DNA of 64,000 bases, from positions 1 through 64,000 of the forward strand of contig CAWBBV010000020.1 in the NCBI GenBank assembly GCA_963787125.1, written 5' to 3'. The notes beneath the pieces were generated by a model. That model made no database searches. It had not been told where the DNA came from and saw only the letters and a list, made by a program, of their open reading frames with translations. Both the position numbers and the translations under genes were made by a program. Positions 39,769 to 50,200 of the stretch are shown here, piece after piece (the stretch's first letter is position 1; every line of letters begins with the position of its first letter). The stretch comes from an uncultured delta proteobacterium (GTDB taxonomy: Bacteria > Desulfobacterota > Desulfuromonadia > Geobacterales > DSM-12255).

Positions 39769-41415
39769 ATGGGAATGTTCTGTAACCAGTGTGAACAAGC
39801 AGCAAACGGAGTCGGCTGTAATATTTCCGGCGTATGCGGCAAGAAACCCGATGTAGCTGCACTTCAGGATCTGCTGCTTTATGCACTCAAAGGAGTAGCA
39901 GTTTACGCGTCAAAAGCTCGCGAACTCGGAGTCAAAGATGCATCTATCGACAGATTTGTTGTGGAAGGGCTCTTTTCTACTGTCACCAATGTCGACTTTG
40001 ATGCTGACAATATCGTTAAAGTTGTCCGCAATGCAGTCCAGATGAGAGATCAGGCAAAAGCGCTTTATGAAAGCGCCTGCAAATCCGGGTCTGTTGCCGT
40101 TGTAAACTTTACGACCGGCCCGGCAGTATGGGCTCCTGCGTCAGATCAGGCAGGCCTGGTTCGTCAGGGTGAAGGGTACGGCCTCAATACGCTGCATGTA
40201 AACGAGGACATCCGCTCCGTGATCGAGATTCTTACGCTCGGACTGAAAGGTATGGCCGCCTACATGGATCATGCTCTGATTCTCGGCAAGACCGATGACG
40301 AAGTGCTCGGATTTTTCCACAAAGCACTGGCGGCTACGACTGACCAAAGCCTCGGTCTGATGGATTTTGTTACCCTCTCCATGGAGTGCGGTAAACACAA
40401 CATCACCACCATGGGGCTCCTCAACACCGCTCATACAGATAAGTACGGCCATCCCGTTCCTACTGCCGTAAACCTTGGTACCCGTGCAGGCAAGGCGATT
40501 CTTGTCACAGGTCACGATCTGAAGATGCTTGAAGAGCTTTTGAAGCAGACCGAAGGCAAAGGGATCAACATCTACACACATGGTGAAATGCTCCCTGCAC
40601 ACGGCTACCCGGGACTCAAAAAATATACTCACCTTGTCGCTAACTTCGGCGGTGCCTGGCAGGATCAGGCCAAAGAATTTGCCAACTTTCCCGGCGCTAT
40701 AATCTTCAACACAAACTGTATCCAGAAGCCTTCTGACTCCTACAAGGATCGTCTCTTTACCTGGGGGCTTGTGCAGTGGACAGATGTGAAACATATCGAC
40801 GGTTGGGATTTCTCTGCAGTAATAGCAAAAGCAAATGAACTTGCTGGTCTGCCTGAAAACCCGGGGCAGGAAATTCTGACCGGTTTCGGTCACAATGCTG
40901 TTCTTGGCGTAGCAGACAAGGTAATTGCAGGGGTCAAGGCAGGAGCTATAAAACACTTCTTCCTGATCGGAGGCTGCGACGGCGCAAAATCAGGTCGTAA
41001 CTACTACACAGAATTTGCCGAGCAGGTACCAAAGGATTGCGTTATCCTGACACTGGCCTGCGGCAAGTATCGCTTTAATAAACTGGAATTCGGTGATATC
41101 GGCGGAATCCCTCGCTTGCTTGATGTTGGCCAGTGTAACGACGCTTACTCAGCAATACAGATTGCCGTTGCCCTTGCAGGAGCCTTTGAGTGCGGAGTAA
41201 ACGATCTGCCGCTCTCCTTCATCCTCTCATGGTATGAGCAGAAAGCTGTTGTAATACTTCTTTCGCTCTTCCATCTCGGCATCAAAAACATCAAGCTCGG
41301 ACCAACTCTGCCAGCGTTCATAACCCCGAACGTGCTGAACTTTCTGGTAGAAAACTTCAATATCGGCCCGATTACAACAGCTGAAGCCGACCTTAAGGCA
41401 ATCCTGGCTTCATAA
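39769..41415 (+). CDS. hcp: Hybrid cluster protein (hydroxylamine/NO reductase)
   Basis: MFCNQCEQ...C...GVCGK, THGEMLPAH, GGCDG, GQCNDAY, SWYEQKA. Confidence 0.97.
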   Translation: MGMFCNQCEQAANGVGCNISGVCGKKPDVAALQDLLLYALKGVAVYASKARELGVKDASIDRFVVEGLFSTVTNVDFDADNIVKVVRNAVQMRDQAKALYESACKSGSVAVVNFTTGPAVWAPASDQAGLVRQGEGYGLNTLHVNEDIRSVIEILTLGLKGMAAYMDHALILGKTDDEVLGFFHKALAATTDQSLGLMDFVTLSMECGKHNITTMGLLNTAHTDKYGHPVPTAVNLGTRAGKAILVTGHDLKMLEELLKQTEGKGINIYTHGEMLPAHGYPGLKKYTHLVANFGGAWQDQAKEFANFPGAIIFNTNCIQKPSDSYKDRLFTWGLVQWTDVKHIDGWDFSAVIAKANELAGLPENPGQEILTGFGHNAVLGVADKVIAGVKAGAIKHFFLIGGCDGAKSGRNYYTEFAEQVPKDCVILTLACGKYRFNKLEFGDIGGIPRLLDVGQCNDAYSAIQIAVALAGAFECGVNDLPLSFILSWYEQKAVVILLSLFHLGIKNIKLGPTLPAFITPNVLNFLVENFNIGPITTAEADLKAILAS

Positions 41416-41436
41416 AAAATCTTAGTGAGACATTAC

Positions 41437-41480
41437 AAAAAAAGAAGGGTGCAGAATCAATTTCTGCACCCTTCTTTTTT
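41437..41480. terminator. Bidirectional intrinsic terminator
   Basis: AAAAAAGAAGGGTGCAGAA...TTCTGCACCCTTCTTTTTT. Confidence 0.85.
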
Positions 41481-41497
41481 AATCAAACATGACTGGT

Positions 41498-41761
41498 CTA
41501 TTGGGGAGTAGCACAATACCTGCATGGATTTTCCTGCCATTTGATCCATTCACCGCAACTTGAACATTGCCTGAAATGCCCCTCAACTGCTTTTTTTGGC
41601 TTTTCAAACCAGACAATCATGATGCAGATTGGGAAAACGGCGGAACCGATCCCCCATAAAACCGGATTCCGGCCACGGTTATACGCCATCACCCCACCGG
41701 TAACTGCAAATACGGTCGGGACAAGATATAACAAAATAGCCGGTGAAAAAATATCTACCAT
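41498..41761 (-). CDS. Small membrane protein with C-terminal Zn-ribbon-like Cys pairs
   Basis: Two TMs, CSSC...CRYC; ATG 41761 after GGAGG. Confidence 0.75.
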   Translation of the reverse strand: MVDIFSPAILLYLVPTVFAVTGGVMAYNRGRNPVLWGIGSAVFPICIMIVWFEKPKKAVEGHFRQCSSCGEWIKWQENPCRYCATPQ

Positions 41762-41812
41762 TTTTATCCTCCTTAGGGAACAGTCGGCAAAGGATAATAA
41801 ACGGCACAAGGA

Positions 41813-41992
41813 TTAATTGCAATCAGCTTTCCAGAGGCATTCCGTCTGTCCGCAAACACCAGACTTTCCCATACCGAAACAAGGCTCGTTACCTTCACTG
41901 ACTTGTAACACTCGGACTAGCTCAATTTTCTTCAAACTGCCACTTTTTAGCCCACGTTCTTTGGCAATGGCTTTGATCTCCTGCATATTCAT
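41813..41992 (-). CDS. Small SAP/Rho-N-like domain protein with Cys-rich tail
   Basis: MNMQEIKAIAKERGL...KKIELVRVLQ..EGN..CF...CGQ.ECLWK.DC; GGAGGAG RBS. Confidence 0.8.
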   Translation of the reverse strand: MNMQEIKAIAKERGLKSGSLKKIELVRVLQVSEGNEPCFGMGKSGVCGQTECLWKADCN

Positions 41993-42188
41993 ATTACTCC
42001 TCCACAAAAATTAAAGATTAGCGCTGCTTCGCATTATTAACATATGTCAATAAAATATACTCCTAGCGTAAACAATTTTCAAGTTCGCTCTCGACAAATT
42101 CTGTTTTTTTTAATATATTTCCGCTACAAAACTTCGTTAAAAACAAGCCGCGCTTGTTCAATCCCAAAACTTAAAGGAGCTGCAGAGT

Positions 42189-43814
42189 ATGTCGACAAAA
42201 CCTTTCGTGTATCAGGACCCCTACCCTCTTGACAAAGATCGCACAAACTACCGCAAGATAGAAGGTTCGGAACAGTATGTCACTGTTGAGCAGTTTGCCG
42301 GCAAAGATGTTGTCCGTGTATGTCCGGAAGCTCTTACTGTTCTTGCCAATGAAGCGATGAAAGATGTCTCCTTCCTTCTTCGCCAGGAACATAACGAATC
42401 GGTTGCTAAAATCCTTCGCGATCCTGAAGCCTCCATGAATGATAAGGGTGTAGCATTGGCGTTTCTTCGCAACGCAGAAATCTCCGCCAACTTTGAACTC
42501 CCTATTTGCCAGGACACCGGAACAGCTACAATCGTCGCCAAAAAAGGTCAGCAGATCTGGACCGGCGGCAAAGATGAAGAGTCACTTTCCAAGGGGGTTT
42601 ACAAAACTTACACGGAAGAGAACCTGCGCTACTCACAGACAGTTGCACTCGATATGTACGAAGAGATAAACACCGGGACAAACCTTCCTGCCCAGATCGA
42701 TATTCAGGCTGTTGACGGCGACTACTACAAATTCCTCTTCATGGCAAAAGGTGGCGGTTCGGCAAACAAGACCTCACTTTTCCAGGAAACAAAGGCGCTC
42801 CTTACCCCTGACACCCTGGTGAAGTTCCTCGTAGGGAAGATGAAGTACCTTGGCACTGCCGCCTGCCCGCCCTATCATATAGCTATCGTTGTCGGCGGAA
42901 CCAGTGCAGATGCCTGCCTGAAGGCCGTCAAACTGGCCAGTGCCAAATATCTTGACGAACTCCCGACAAAAGGGAATGAGCATGGCCAGGCTTTCCGTGA
43001 CCTTGAACTCGAAGAGAAGCTGCTCCAGGAAGCTTACAAACTTGGTATCGGCGCACAATTCGGCGGTAAATATTTCGCCCATGACATCAGAGTTATCCGT
43101 TTGCCGCGCCACGGTGCATCCTTGCCGCTGGCAATGGCTGTCTCCTGTTCAGCCGACAGGAACATCAAGGCTAAAATTACCCGTGAAGGTCTTTTTGTTG
43201 AAGAGATGGACCGCAACCCAGGACGATTAATTCCGGACCAGTACCGTGGCAAGCATAGCCATGGGGTGAAAATTGACCTTAACCAGCCGATGCAGGATAT
43301 CCTGGCCGAACTCTCCAAACACCCGGTATCCACCCCGCTGCTTCTAAGCGGCACAATTGTTGTCGGTCGCGATATCGCTCATGCCAAATTCAAAGAGATT
43401 ATCGACTCAGGAAAGCCTGTGCCGGAATATCTGCTCAAACACCCGATCTACTACGCCGGCCCGGCAAAAACTCCGATGGGAAAACCTTCCGGCTCTTTTG
43501 GCCCGACAACTGCGGGCAGAATGGACTCCTACGTTGACCTTCTCCAGTCTAAAGGGGCCAGTTTGATCATGATTGCCAAAGGGAATCGCAGCCAACAGGT
43601 TACTGATGCCTGCAACAAGTTCGGCGGCTTCTACCTCGGTTCAATCGGTGGCCCTGCAGCCGTTCTGGCTGAAGAGAATATCAAGAAGGTTGAATGTATA
43701 GACTTCCCCGAACTGGGGATGGAAGCAGTCTGGAAGATAGAAGTTGAAGATTTCCCGGCTTTTATCCTTGTGGATGATAAGGGTAACGACTTCTTCAAAC
43801 AGCTTGGGCTTTAA
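42189..43814 (+). CDS. fumA: Class I (Fe-S) fumarate hydratase
   Basis: [39 protein letters not shown]. Confidence 0.95.
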   Translation: MSTKPFVYQDPYPLDKDRTNYRKIEGSEQYVTVEQFAGKDVVRVCPEALTVLANEAMKDVSFLLRQEHNESVAKILRDPEASMNDKGVALAFLRNAEISANFELPICQDTGTATIVAKKGQQIWTGGKDEESLSKGVYKTYTEENLRYSQTVALDMYEEINTGTNLPAQIDIQAVDGDYYKFLFMAKGGGSANKTSLFQETKALLTPDTLVKFLVGKMKYLGTAACPPYHIAIVVGGTSADACLKAVKLASAKYLDELPTKGNEHGQAFRDLELEEKLLQEAYKLGIGAQFGGKYFAHDIRVIRLPRHGASLPLAMAVSCSADRNIKAKITREGLFVEEMDRNPGRLIPDQYRGKHSHGVKIDLNQPMQDILAELSKHPVSTPLLLSGTIVVGRDIAHAKFKEIIDSGKPVPEYLLKHPIYYAGPAKTPMGKPSGSFGPTTAGRMDSYVDLLQSKGASLIMIAKGNRSQQVTDACNKFGGFYLGSIGGPAAVLAEENIKKVECIDFPELGMEAVWKIEVEDFPAFILVDDKGNDFFKQLGL

Positions 43815-43822
43815 CTGTTGCT

Positions 43823-43854
43823 GCCTCCCTGACTCTATCCTGAGTCAGGGAGGC
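43823..43854. terminator. Stem-loop after the fumarase gene
   Basis: GCCTCCCTGACTC-TATCCT-GAGTCAGGGAGGC; no clear U-tract. Confidence 0.55.
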
Positions 43855-44030
43855 TCACGATGCTATGTCCCGGGCAAAGACCAGCGGCAAAAGCTGCATA
43901 ACACTGACCACCTTTAAAACGTTGCTGGAGATATCTTAACCGTCCGGTGCAAGCTAGTCACTATACAAATCAATTTATATCTGTTAGGATTTTCCGGCTT
44001 ATATCCAAGAAAGTTAAAGGAGTTTTACAA

Positions 44031-44411
44031 ATGAATGGGGCTCGTTCCTTAATCTCAGCTTTTCGTGAAATAAACCGCTCAGACACCACTTCAATTGCCA
44101 ACTTCACCCCTTCACTAATAGGCATGTTCGGCTCTATTGGCATATTCGACTCGTTCCTTGCGGAGATAGACGCTGCAATGGCTTCAGGTCAAATGCCTGC
44201 TAATATCAAAAAACGTGCGGCCAACCTGACCGGCACCTTTATCCCTCAGGTGGCTGAATATAACGGGATCAAGAATCCTGCCGAGCGGAGCTTTACAGCA
44301 GACGAATTAAGAACTATCTCTTCAGGCTCCCTGGAAGAACGCCGTAAAGGGGTTGAAACGATCCTGTCCTCGCTGATTTCGATCCTTAAAGACGCAACTG
44401 AAATGGCGTGA
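44031..44411 (+). CDS. Hypothetical protein
   Basis: ATG 44031 after AAGGAG; helical soluble protein. Confidence 0.7.
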   Translation: MNGARSLISAFREINRSDTTSIANFTPSLIGMFGSIGIFDSFLAEIDAAMASGQMPANIKKRAANLTGTFIPQVAEYNGIKNPAERSFTADELRTISSGSLEERRKGVETILSSLISILKDATEMA

Positions 44412-44450
44412 TTTTTAATCTGGCTACGCTAAGCGATTATGCTTCTATTC

Positions 44451-44954
44451 CTACAGATAATCGGCAATTATCACCGCTGCAGCTGATAAAAATGCAAGAT
44501 CGGCGCTAGTAAAATCTACACCTGCACTGTCACGATCTGAACCTTTTCTTGCAATTTGAACCACACCCTTCAGAATATTGCCGCAGATGACGGGTACACT
44601 CATTATCTTCTGAATAGGCACACGCGCTCCTTTTTCAGCGAGGAAATGTTCAAACATATAAAGATGGGGTGTTGATGAAAAGCTGTTATCAAGCACATCC
44701 TTCTTCTCCACAGCCGTCTTGGTAACAAGGCAGCGATGAGCATTCAGAGGAATGCTCCCGATACTTTTGAGCGAGTGGGGCCAGATAAATACCAGCGCCT
44801 CGCGACTTTCATCCAACAAAAAAATGGCAACTTCATCGCTACTGACGCCAAACGCAGCACCAAGTGAACCTGTTATGATCTCAAGCCTCTCCATTGGTGA
44901 CTTCGCAGCAGCTACTGATTTTTTAAAACTCGCAGTAAACTCATCGATATTCAT
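44451..44954 (-). CDS. Stand-alone GAF domain protein
   Basis: IMSVPVI...KGVVQIARK...FTSADLAFL GAF pattern; GGAGG RBS. Confidence 0.75.
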   Translation of the reverse strand: MNIDEFTASFKKSVAAAKSPMERLEIITGSLGAAFGVSSDEVAIFLLDESREALVFIWPHSLKSIGSIPLNAHRCLVTKTAVEKKDVLDNSFSSTPHLYMFEHFLAEKGARVPIQKIMSVPVICGNILKGVVQIARKGSDRDSAGVDFTSADLAFLSAAAVIIADYL

Positions 44955-45050
44955 GACCCCTCCAAAGGTAAAACAAAAGTGAACAGTAATAATCTGACAA
45001 AGATACAGCTGCGTAACAAAGTTACTAAACCTCATATATCAGGATTTGCA

Positions 45051-45392
45051 ATGAAAAAAGTAAATTATATGGCGATTATCTCTCTTTTCATTATTCTTTC
45101 CGCTGCTTTTTCAGCGGCAGAAGGTCTGCCCATATCCAAGTATCTGGAAGACCCCGAGCACAAAAATGAAATCCTCGGCTTCTACCTTGACGCTGTTTTC
45201 ACCGGAATTAATCTGGCAAATGAACGGTTAGATCCACCTTTGTTCTGCCTGGATCAAATGCGTTCCGAGTCTGCCTTTACAATCATAGACAAACGGGTCA
45301 TGAAGCTGAAAAAAGAGAAGCGACTTTCTCCGGAAATGACCGTCGACTCGATAATGATGGATATCCTGATGGAAGAATACCCCTGCAAATAA
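45051..45392 (+). CDS. Small exported hypothetical protein
   Basis: Signal peptide; PLFC...EYPCK Cys pair. Confidence 0.65.
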   Translation: MKKVNYMAIISLFIILSAAFSAAEGLPISKYLEDPEHKNEILGFYLDAVFTGINLANERLDPPLFCLDQMRSESAFTIIDKRVMKLKKEKRLSPEMTVDSIMMDILMEEYPCK

Positions 45393-45665
45393 CAACGATT
45401 TTCAACTGAAAACGCTTAATTTCCGCTATTTCTAGATACACTTTTCTCTCCGGACGATATTTTGCACTGCTGCGAACCTTCGCACGAATGCAAATCCCTC
45501 ATTTTTATTAATTTTGCACACATTGACTTCATACAAGTTCCCTGAATAAACATTTATTCGCAAATTTGCCAATTCATTTTTTCCCGACAACTTACCCGGG
45601 AGAGAGCCAAAACTTAACCCGCCGTAATAACAAAGCTATTTAATATAACGGCAGGCCGTCTCCGC

Positions 45666-45681
45666 TGGCACGGAATTTGAG
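45666..45681 (+). promoter_or_regulatory. sigma54-like promoter of the MFS transporter
   Basis: TGGCACG-GAAT-TTGAG (perfect -24, variant -12). Confidence 0.55.
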
Positions 45682-45731
45682 TATATCGCCTTGATATTCT
45701 ATAAAATCGTGCCTTTAGAAGGAGACCTAAA

Positions 45732-47093
45732 ATGTCGAAAAGTTCAAACAAGGGATGGCGAGTTGTTGCTGCGGCTACGACTATCAACCTGGCTCTCGGA
45801 GTATTGTACGCATGGAGCATCTTCAAGGGAGCGATAAAAAGCTCTATTGAAAAAGGCGGACCGGATGCATTTCAGTGGAACCTGGCCTCCATTAATGACC
45901 CTTATGCCTTATGTTGCCTTACCTTTGCTTTTGCAATGATTCTTGCAGGAAAATGCCAGGACAAGATCGGCCCTGCAAAAACAGCCCTTATCGGCGGAGT
46001 CCTTGTGGGTGCAGGCTTCACCCTGATGGCTTTAAGCAATAGTTATGCTGCATGGGTCACAGGTTTCGGGGTCCTTGCAGGTGCCGGCTTCGGCTTTGGC
46101 TATTCGGCCGCCACCCCTCCTGCGCTTAAATGGTTCTCTCCTGCCAAAACCGGTCTCATTGCAGGAATAGTAGTGGCGGGATTCGGTCTGGCGCCGGTAT
46201 ACATTGCGCCGCTCTCTTCATGGTTGCTGGGGATTTTCGGCATCCAGAAATCGATGTTTTTCTTTGCGGCAGCCTTCACAATTATTGTCTGTGGGCTCTC
46301 CTTTTATGTAGTAAACCCGCCTGTCGGCTACCAACCTCCAGAACCTGAAAATATCGGCCCTGTGGCAAAACTTAACGCAGCCAAACCGGTAGTAAATGCA
46401 ACGGTAAGTGAAATACTCCGTAACTACAAATTCTATGTGCTCTGGGCAGCCTTTTTTATAGGTTCAGGAGCGGGACTCATGGTGATAGGCAGCGTTGCCG
46501 GCCTTGCCAAAAAAAGTATGGGCCCGATGGCGTTTGTGGCCGTTGCCATCATGGCAATCGGTAACGCTGCCGGACGTGTGGTTGCGGGCATCCTTTCCGA
46601 CAAGATCGGTCGCCGCGCCACCCTCTTTATCATGCTTGCATTTCAAGCCGTATTGATGTTTGCAGCTGTTCCTGTTGTTGCTACCAACAACGCCGCCCTT
46701 CTTGTCATCCTAGCCACCTTCATCGGTTTTAACTATGGGTCAAACCTCTGCCTCTTTCCTTCCTTTGCCAAAGATTACTGGGGCACTAAAAACTACGGGC
46801 TTAACTATGGAGCACTCTTCACCGCCTGGGGTGTTGGCGGCTTTGTCATGGGAAAGGTTTCAGAAATGCTCAATGCAGAACCTGGCGGTCTTGCAAAATC
46901 CTTTGTACTCGCCGGGACGTTGCTCTTGGCAGGTGCTGCCCTGACAGTATTTCTTGCAGAGCTAAAACCGGCGGCATCACCTGATGAAACACCTTCCCAG
47001 TGGAAAGAGTTCTGGGCAGAATTCATGCTTGGCGCCAAGGTGTTTGCCGGGTTTGAAACCCCGGTTGCTCATGTTTCGAAACAATCTGCATAG
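45732..47093 (+). CDS. MFS transporter, oxalate:formate antiporter (OFA) family
   Basis: 12 TMs; GVLYAWSIF, KWFSPAKTGLIAG, GILSDKIGRR, NYGLNYG. Confidence 0.88.
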   Translation: MSKSSNKGWRVVAAATTINLALGVLYAWSIFKGAIKSSIEKGGPDAFQWNLASINDPYALCCLTFAFAMILAGKCQDKIGPAKTALIGGVLVGAGFTLMALSNSYAAWVTGFGVLAGAGFGFGYSAATPPALKWFSPAKTGLIAGIVVAGFGLAPVYIAPLSSWLLGIFGIQKSMFFFAAAFTIIVCGLSFYVVNPPVGYQPPEPENIGPVAKLNAAKPVVNATVSEILRNYKFYVLWAAFFIGSGAGLMVIGSVAGLAKKSMGPMAFVAVAIMAIGNAAGRVVAGILSDKIGRRATLFIMLAFQAVLMFAAVPVVATNNAALLVILATFIGFNYGSNLCLFPSFAKDYWGTKNYGLNYGALFTAWGVGGFVMGKVSEMLNAEPGGLAKSFVLAGTLLLAGAALTVFLAELKPAASPDETPSQWKEFWAEFMLGAKVFAGFETPVAHVSKQSA

Positions 47094-47114
47094 GAAAGTT
47101 TTTATACTCTTGTT

Positions 47115-47154
47115 GCAATAAAAAAGCCTGCAGTGATGCAGGCTTTTTTATTGC
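47115..47154. terminator. Bidirectional intrinsic terminator
   Basis: GCAATAAAAAAGCCTGCA-GTGA-TGCAGGCTTTTTTATTGC. Confidence 0.88.
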
Positions 47155-47205
47155 TAACCATATTCATGAAAAATGCAAGATGCCCATGTTATATATTTAC
47201 AGTTC

Positions 47206-50200
47206 CTAAGGCCCCACATTATCTCCAGTTGCATATGGGGGTGTATAGGCCACCGCGCTGGTGTATGGAGACTTGCTTCCGCCGCTGAAGGACCTTACCC
47301 GATAGTTATACTGCTTTAGTGAATCAATCCCGATTCTGTCCGTAAATGTCGTCTCAATAGCGCCAACTGTAGCGATATTAACCCAATTGCCATCCCTTAT
47401 CAACCGCTCTACTTCATAACCCTCCGGCGTACCACAAGCCACAGGCGAACAGCTGATCGGCGACCAGTCAAGCTTGATTTTGAAGGAGTTAAGGGCGGTT
47501 GCAACCAGGTTCTGATCGGGAACATTCATTGAAGTCGCACATTTTTCGTCGCTGTAAACAGAATCGCCGCCACTAATATTCCACGTTTTGAGTTTGTAGC
47601 AGTAGGTGGTGTTTTCTGTCAGGCCAGTATTCCGATATTCAGTTCTTACCGGTGATAGTGACGGACAACCGATAGTTGCAAAGCTGTTGCCACAGTAGTT
47701 CTCCGCATAGGTCAGCGGAATATTTGTGATTTCGCTGTAGTTACCAGCCCCCTCTTTTCGTTCGATTTTATAATTAGTAGCTCCGAAAACAAGCTGCCAT
47801 GACAGATCAACTCTGGCACTGGAGATGGCTGTCGTATTAATTATTGCAGTTGCAGGAGTTGTTGTAGTTGACTGCTCATTGCCTGGCAGGGAAGATCCGC
47901 CGGCATTATTAGTGCTCACCCTGTAAAAATAAACGGTCCCGGCTGAAAGCACAGTATCCGTATAGGTAATCGCATCTGAGGCTGTTGTGTAGACTGTGCC
48001 CCACCCACCGACAGCTGTCACTTTTCGTTCAATTCTGTAGCCGGTATTACCGGTAACATTGTTCCAAGTCAGGACAATCTGAGACCCTGTCACACCTGTC
48101 AGGGGTTCAAGAGTTGGCGGATCGAGAGATGTCGTCTGAAATAATTCATTGCTATATGCAGACTCTGTATAGATATTGTAAGCTTTGAGCCTGAAACAGT
48201 AATGTGTTCCTACAGTTAGTCCGCCATGCTGGTAGGATGTGGTGTTTTCTCCGATAAGAATTGGCTCGCTCCAGACTCCGGTAATACAATCAGCACCGGA
48301 ACGAGCCTTCCATTCAAGCTTGTAACCGTTCTCGCCTTCAACATTATTCCAATTTAGATTAATTTGAGTCGTTGACGCAGGCACTGCAGTAAGAGTCGGT
48401 GCGGTCGGCTTGGTAATAGTATCTTTGGTTGCACTAAATGCTGAAGTTCCTCCGGGGAAAATATCCCTGATCTGGTAGCGATAGGTGTATCCGGGGTAAA
48501 GGCTGGTTGTATCCTGAAAACTGACACTGTCCTGGGGCACAGAAACGGGAGGGTTACATGACCAGAACCAGTAATCATTCGCGGGATTATTCCCATAATA
48601 CCCCACATATTCCGGATAATCAGCATAACCGGCATTGCACCTTTTAATTTCATAACCGGTATTGCCGGGAATATTAGTCCAAGAGAGATTTATCTGGGTT
48701 GAAGACACAACTGCCAGGTCATTGAGAACCGGTGCCGGTAAAGGCGTAAAAAGGCACTTCTCGTTGCTGGTCACAAGAGGCGGGGGATTATTCTCCAAGA
48801 CACTGTAAGCCTTGATCCGGTAGCAATATTGAGTCTCCTGCAACAGCCCGGCGTCAGTGAAGGATGAGGCATCAACAGGCATCCCACTGGCGCCTGGCAG
48901 ATCAGCATAGGTTCCGGTTACCCCCAGTTTACGCTCCAGAGTATAGTTGCTCGCTGCATTTATATTGCCCCATGAGACGGTGAGAGATGTCTCGGAGGCT
49001 GGCGAAACAGTCAAGACCGGGGGTGTCATATATGTCCAGGCGCTGATGATGTTGCTAGGGGTTGAGCTGTTGCCGGTGGTGTTGGCGATAACGCTGTAGG
49101 CATACGCATAGCCGGAAGAACGGTCAGCAACAGTATAGGTCACAACATCTGCAGAAGTGGTACCTGCGGTAAATGATTGAGACCAGATGGCAGGATTGCT
49201 GTAGTTCGAGGGGATGCAATACAGCGTATCGTTAGGGTTGTTGCTGTACCCGCAATAAGCTTCCAGGATTGTATAACCGGTATTACCAGGAACGTTCGTC
49301 CAGGAAAGAATTATTTTGTCAGTTGCAGAACCGGTTGCACTCAAAAGAGTCGGACTTGTGAAACTGGTCATGACAGGCTTTTCAGCACTGTATTCCGAGT
49401 TACCAGAGACGTTGTAAGCTGTCACCCGGTAGTAATACTGGGTGTTCGCGGCAAGACCGGCATCAGTATACGTAGTCACCTCAGAAAGGGTCGTAGTTAC
49501 CTCGCCCCAAACTCCCCCCAAGCCCTCCCTTCGCTCAAGTCTGTAGCCGGTTTCTCCTTCGACATTGCTCCAGTTAAGCACGACAGAGTTGATCGTAACC
49601 GCACCGATGGCGGCCATGACCGGTGCTGTCGACAAAGAGGGAGCTGCCTGCTCATTGCTGGGGGATGAGTACCCTGACCCATTACGGCTACTTACCCGAT
49701 ATGAATAAATTGTCCCGGGGGAGAGCCCTGCATCGGCATAGCTCGTTATATCAGCTGACGTTAAAGCGATCTCACTCCAGATGCCTCCGCCAATTTTCCG
49801 TTCAACCTTGTAGCCGGTATTTTCTGGCACCTGGTTCCAGGCAAGTGTGATCCGGGTGGCTGAATTAACATTCAGCGGGTTCAATATCGGAGCGGCAAGG
49901 GTTGTGTTGGCACAGCGCACAACTGTTCTCGAGTTCAAACTCCCGGAAAAAGCGTAAATTCGATAACAGTAGTTGGTGCCGGCACTGAGACCTGTATCGC
50001 TTAAATTAGTAGTTCCCGGAGATGCTGTTGCAAGAGTTACCCATTCGCTACCAGGCAGAACCGGACCCTGAGTCCGCTCAACAAGAAAACTGGTTCCAGG
50101 AGTGTTGTTCTGCCAGTGCAGGTTAATTTGACCGTAATCTCCCTGTGGGGAAAGAAGAAAGGGAGCAGGCACCAGGATGTAGTCATGCTTCTGCTTCATA

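Noticed and set aside
45051..45392. Resemblance to Rap1a-type T6SS immunity proteins (signal peptide, FC...YPC)
   Set aside because: Only a loose Cys pattern, and no adjacent amidase effector or T6SS gene; left as hypothetical.
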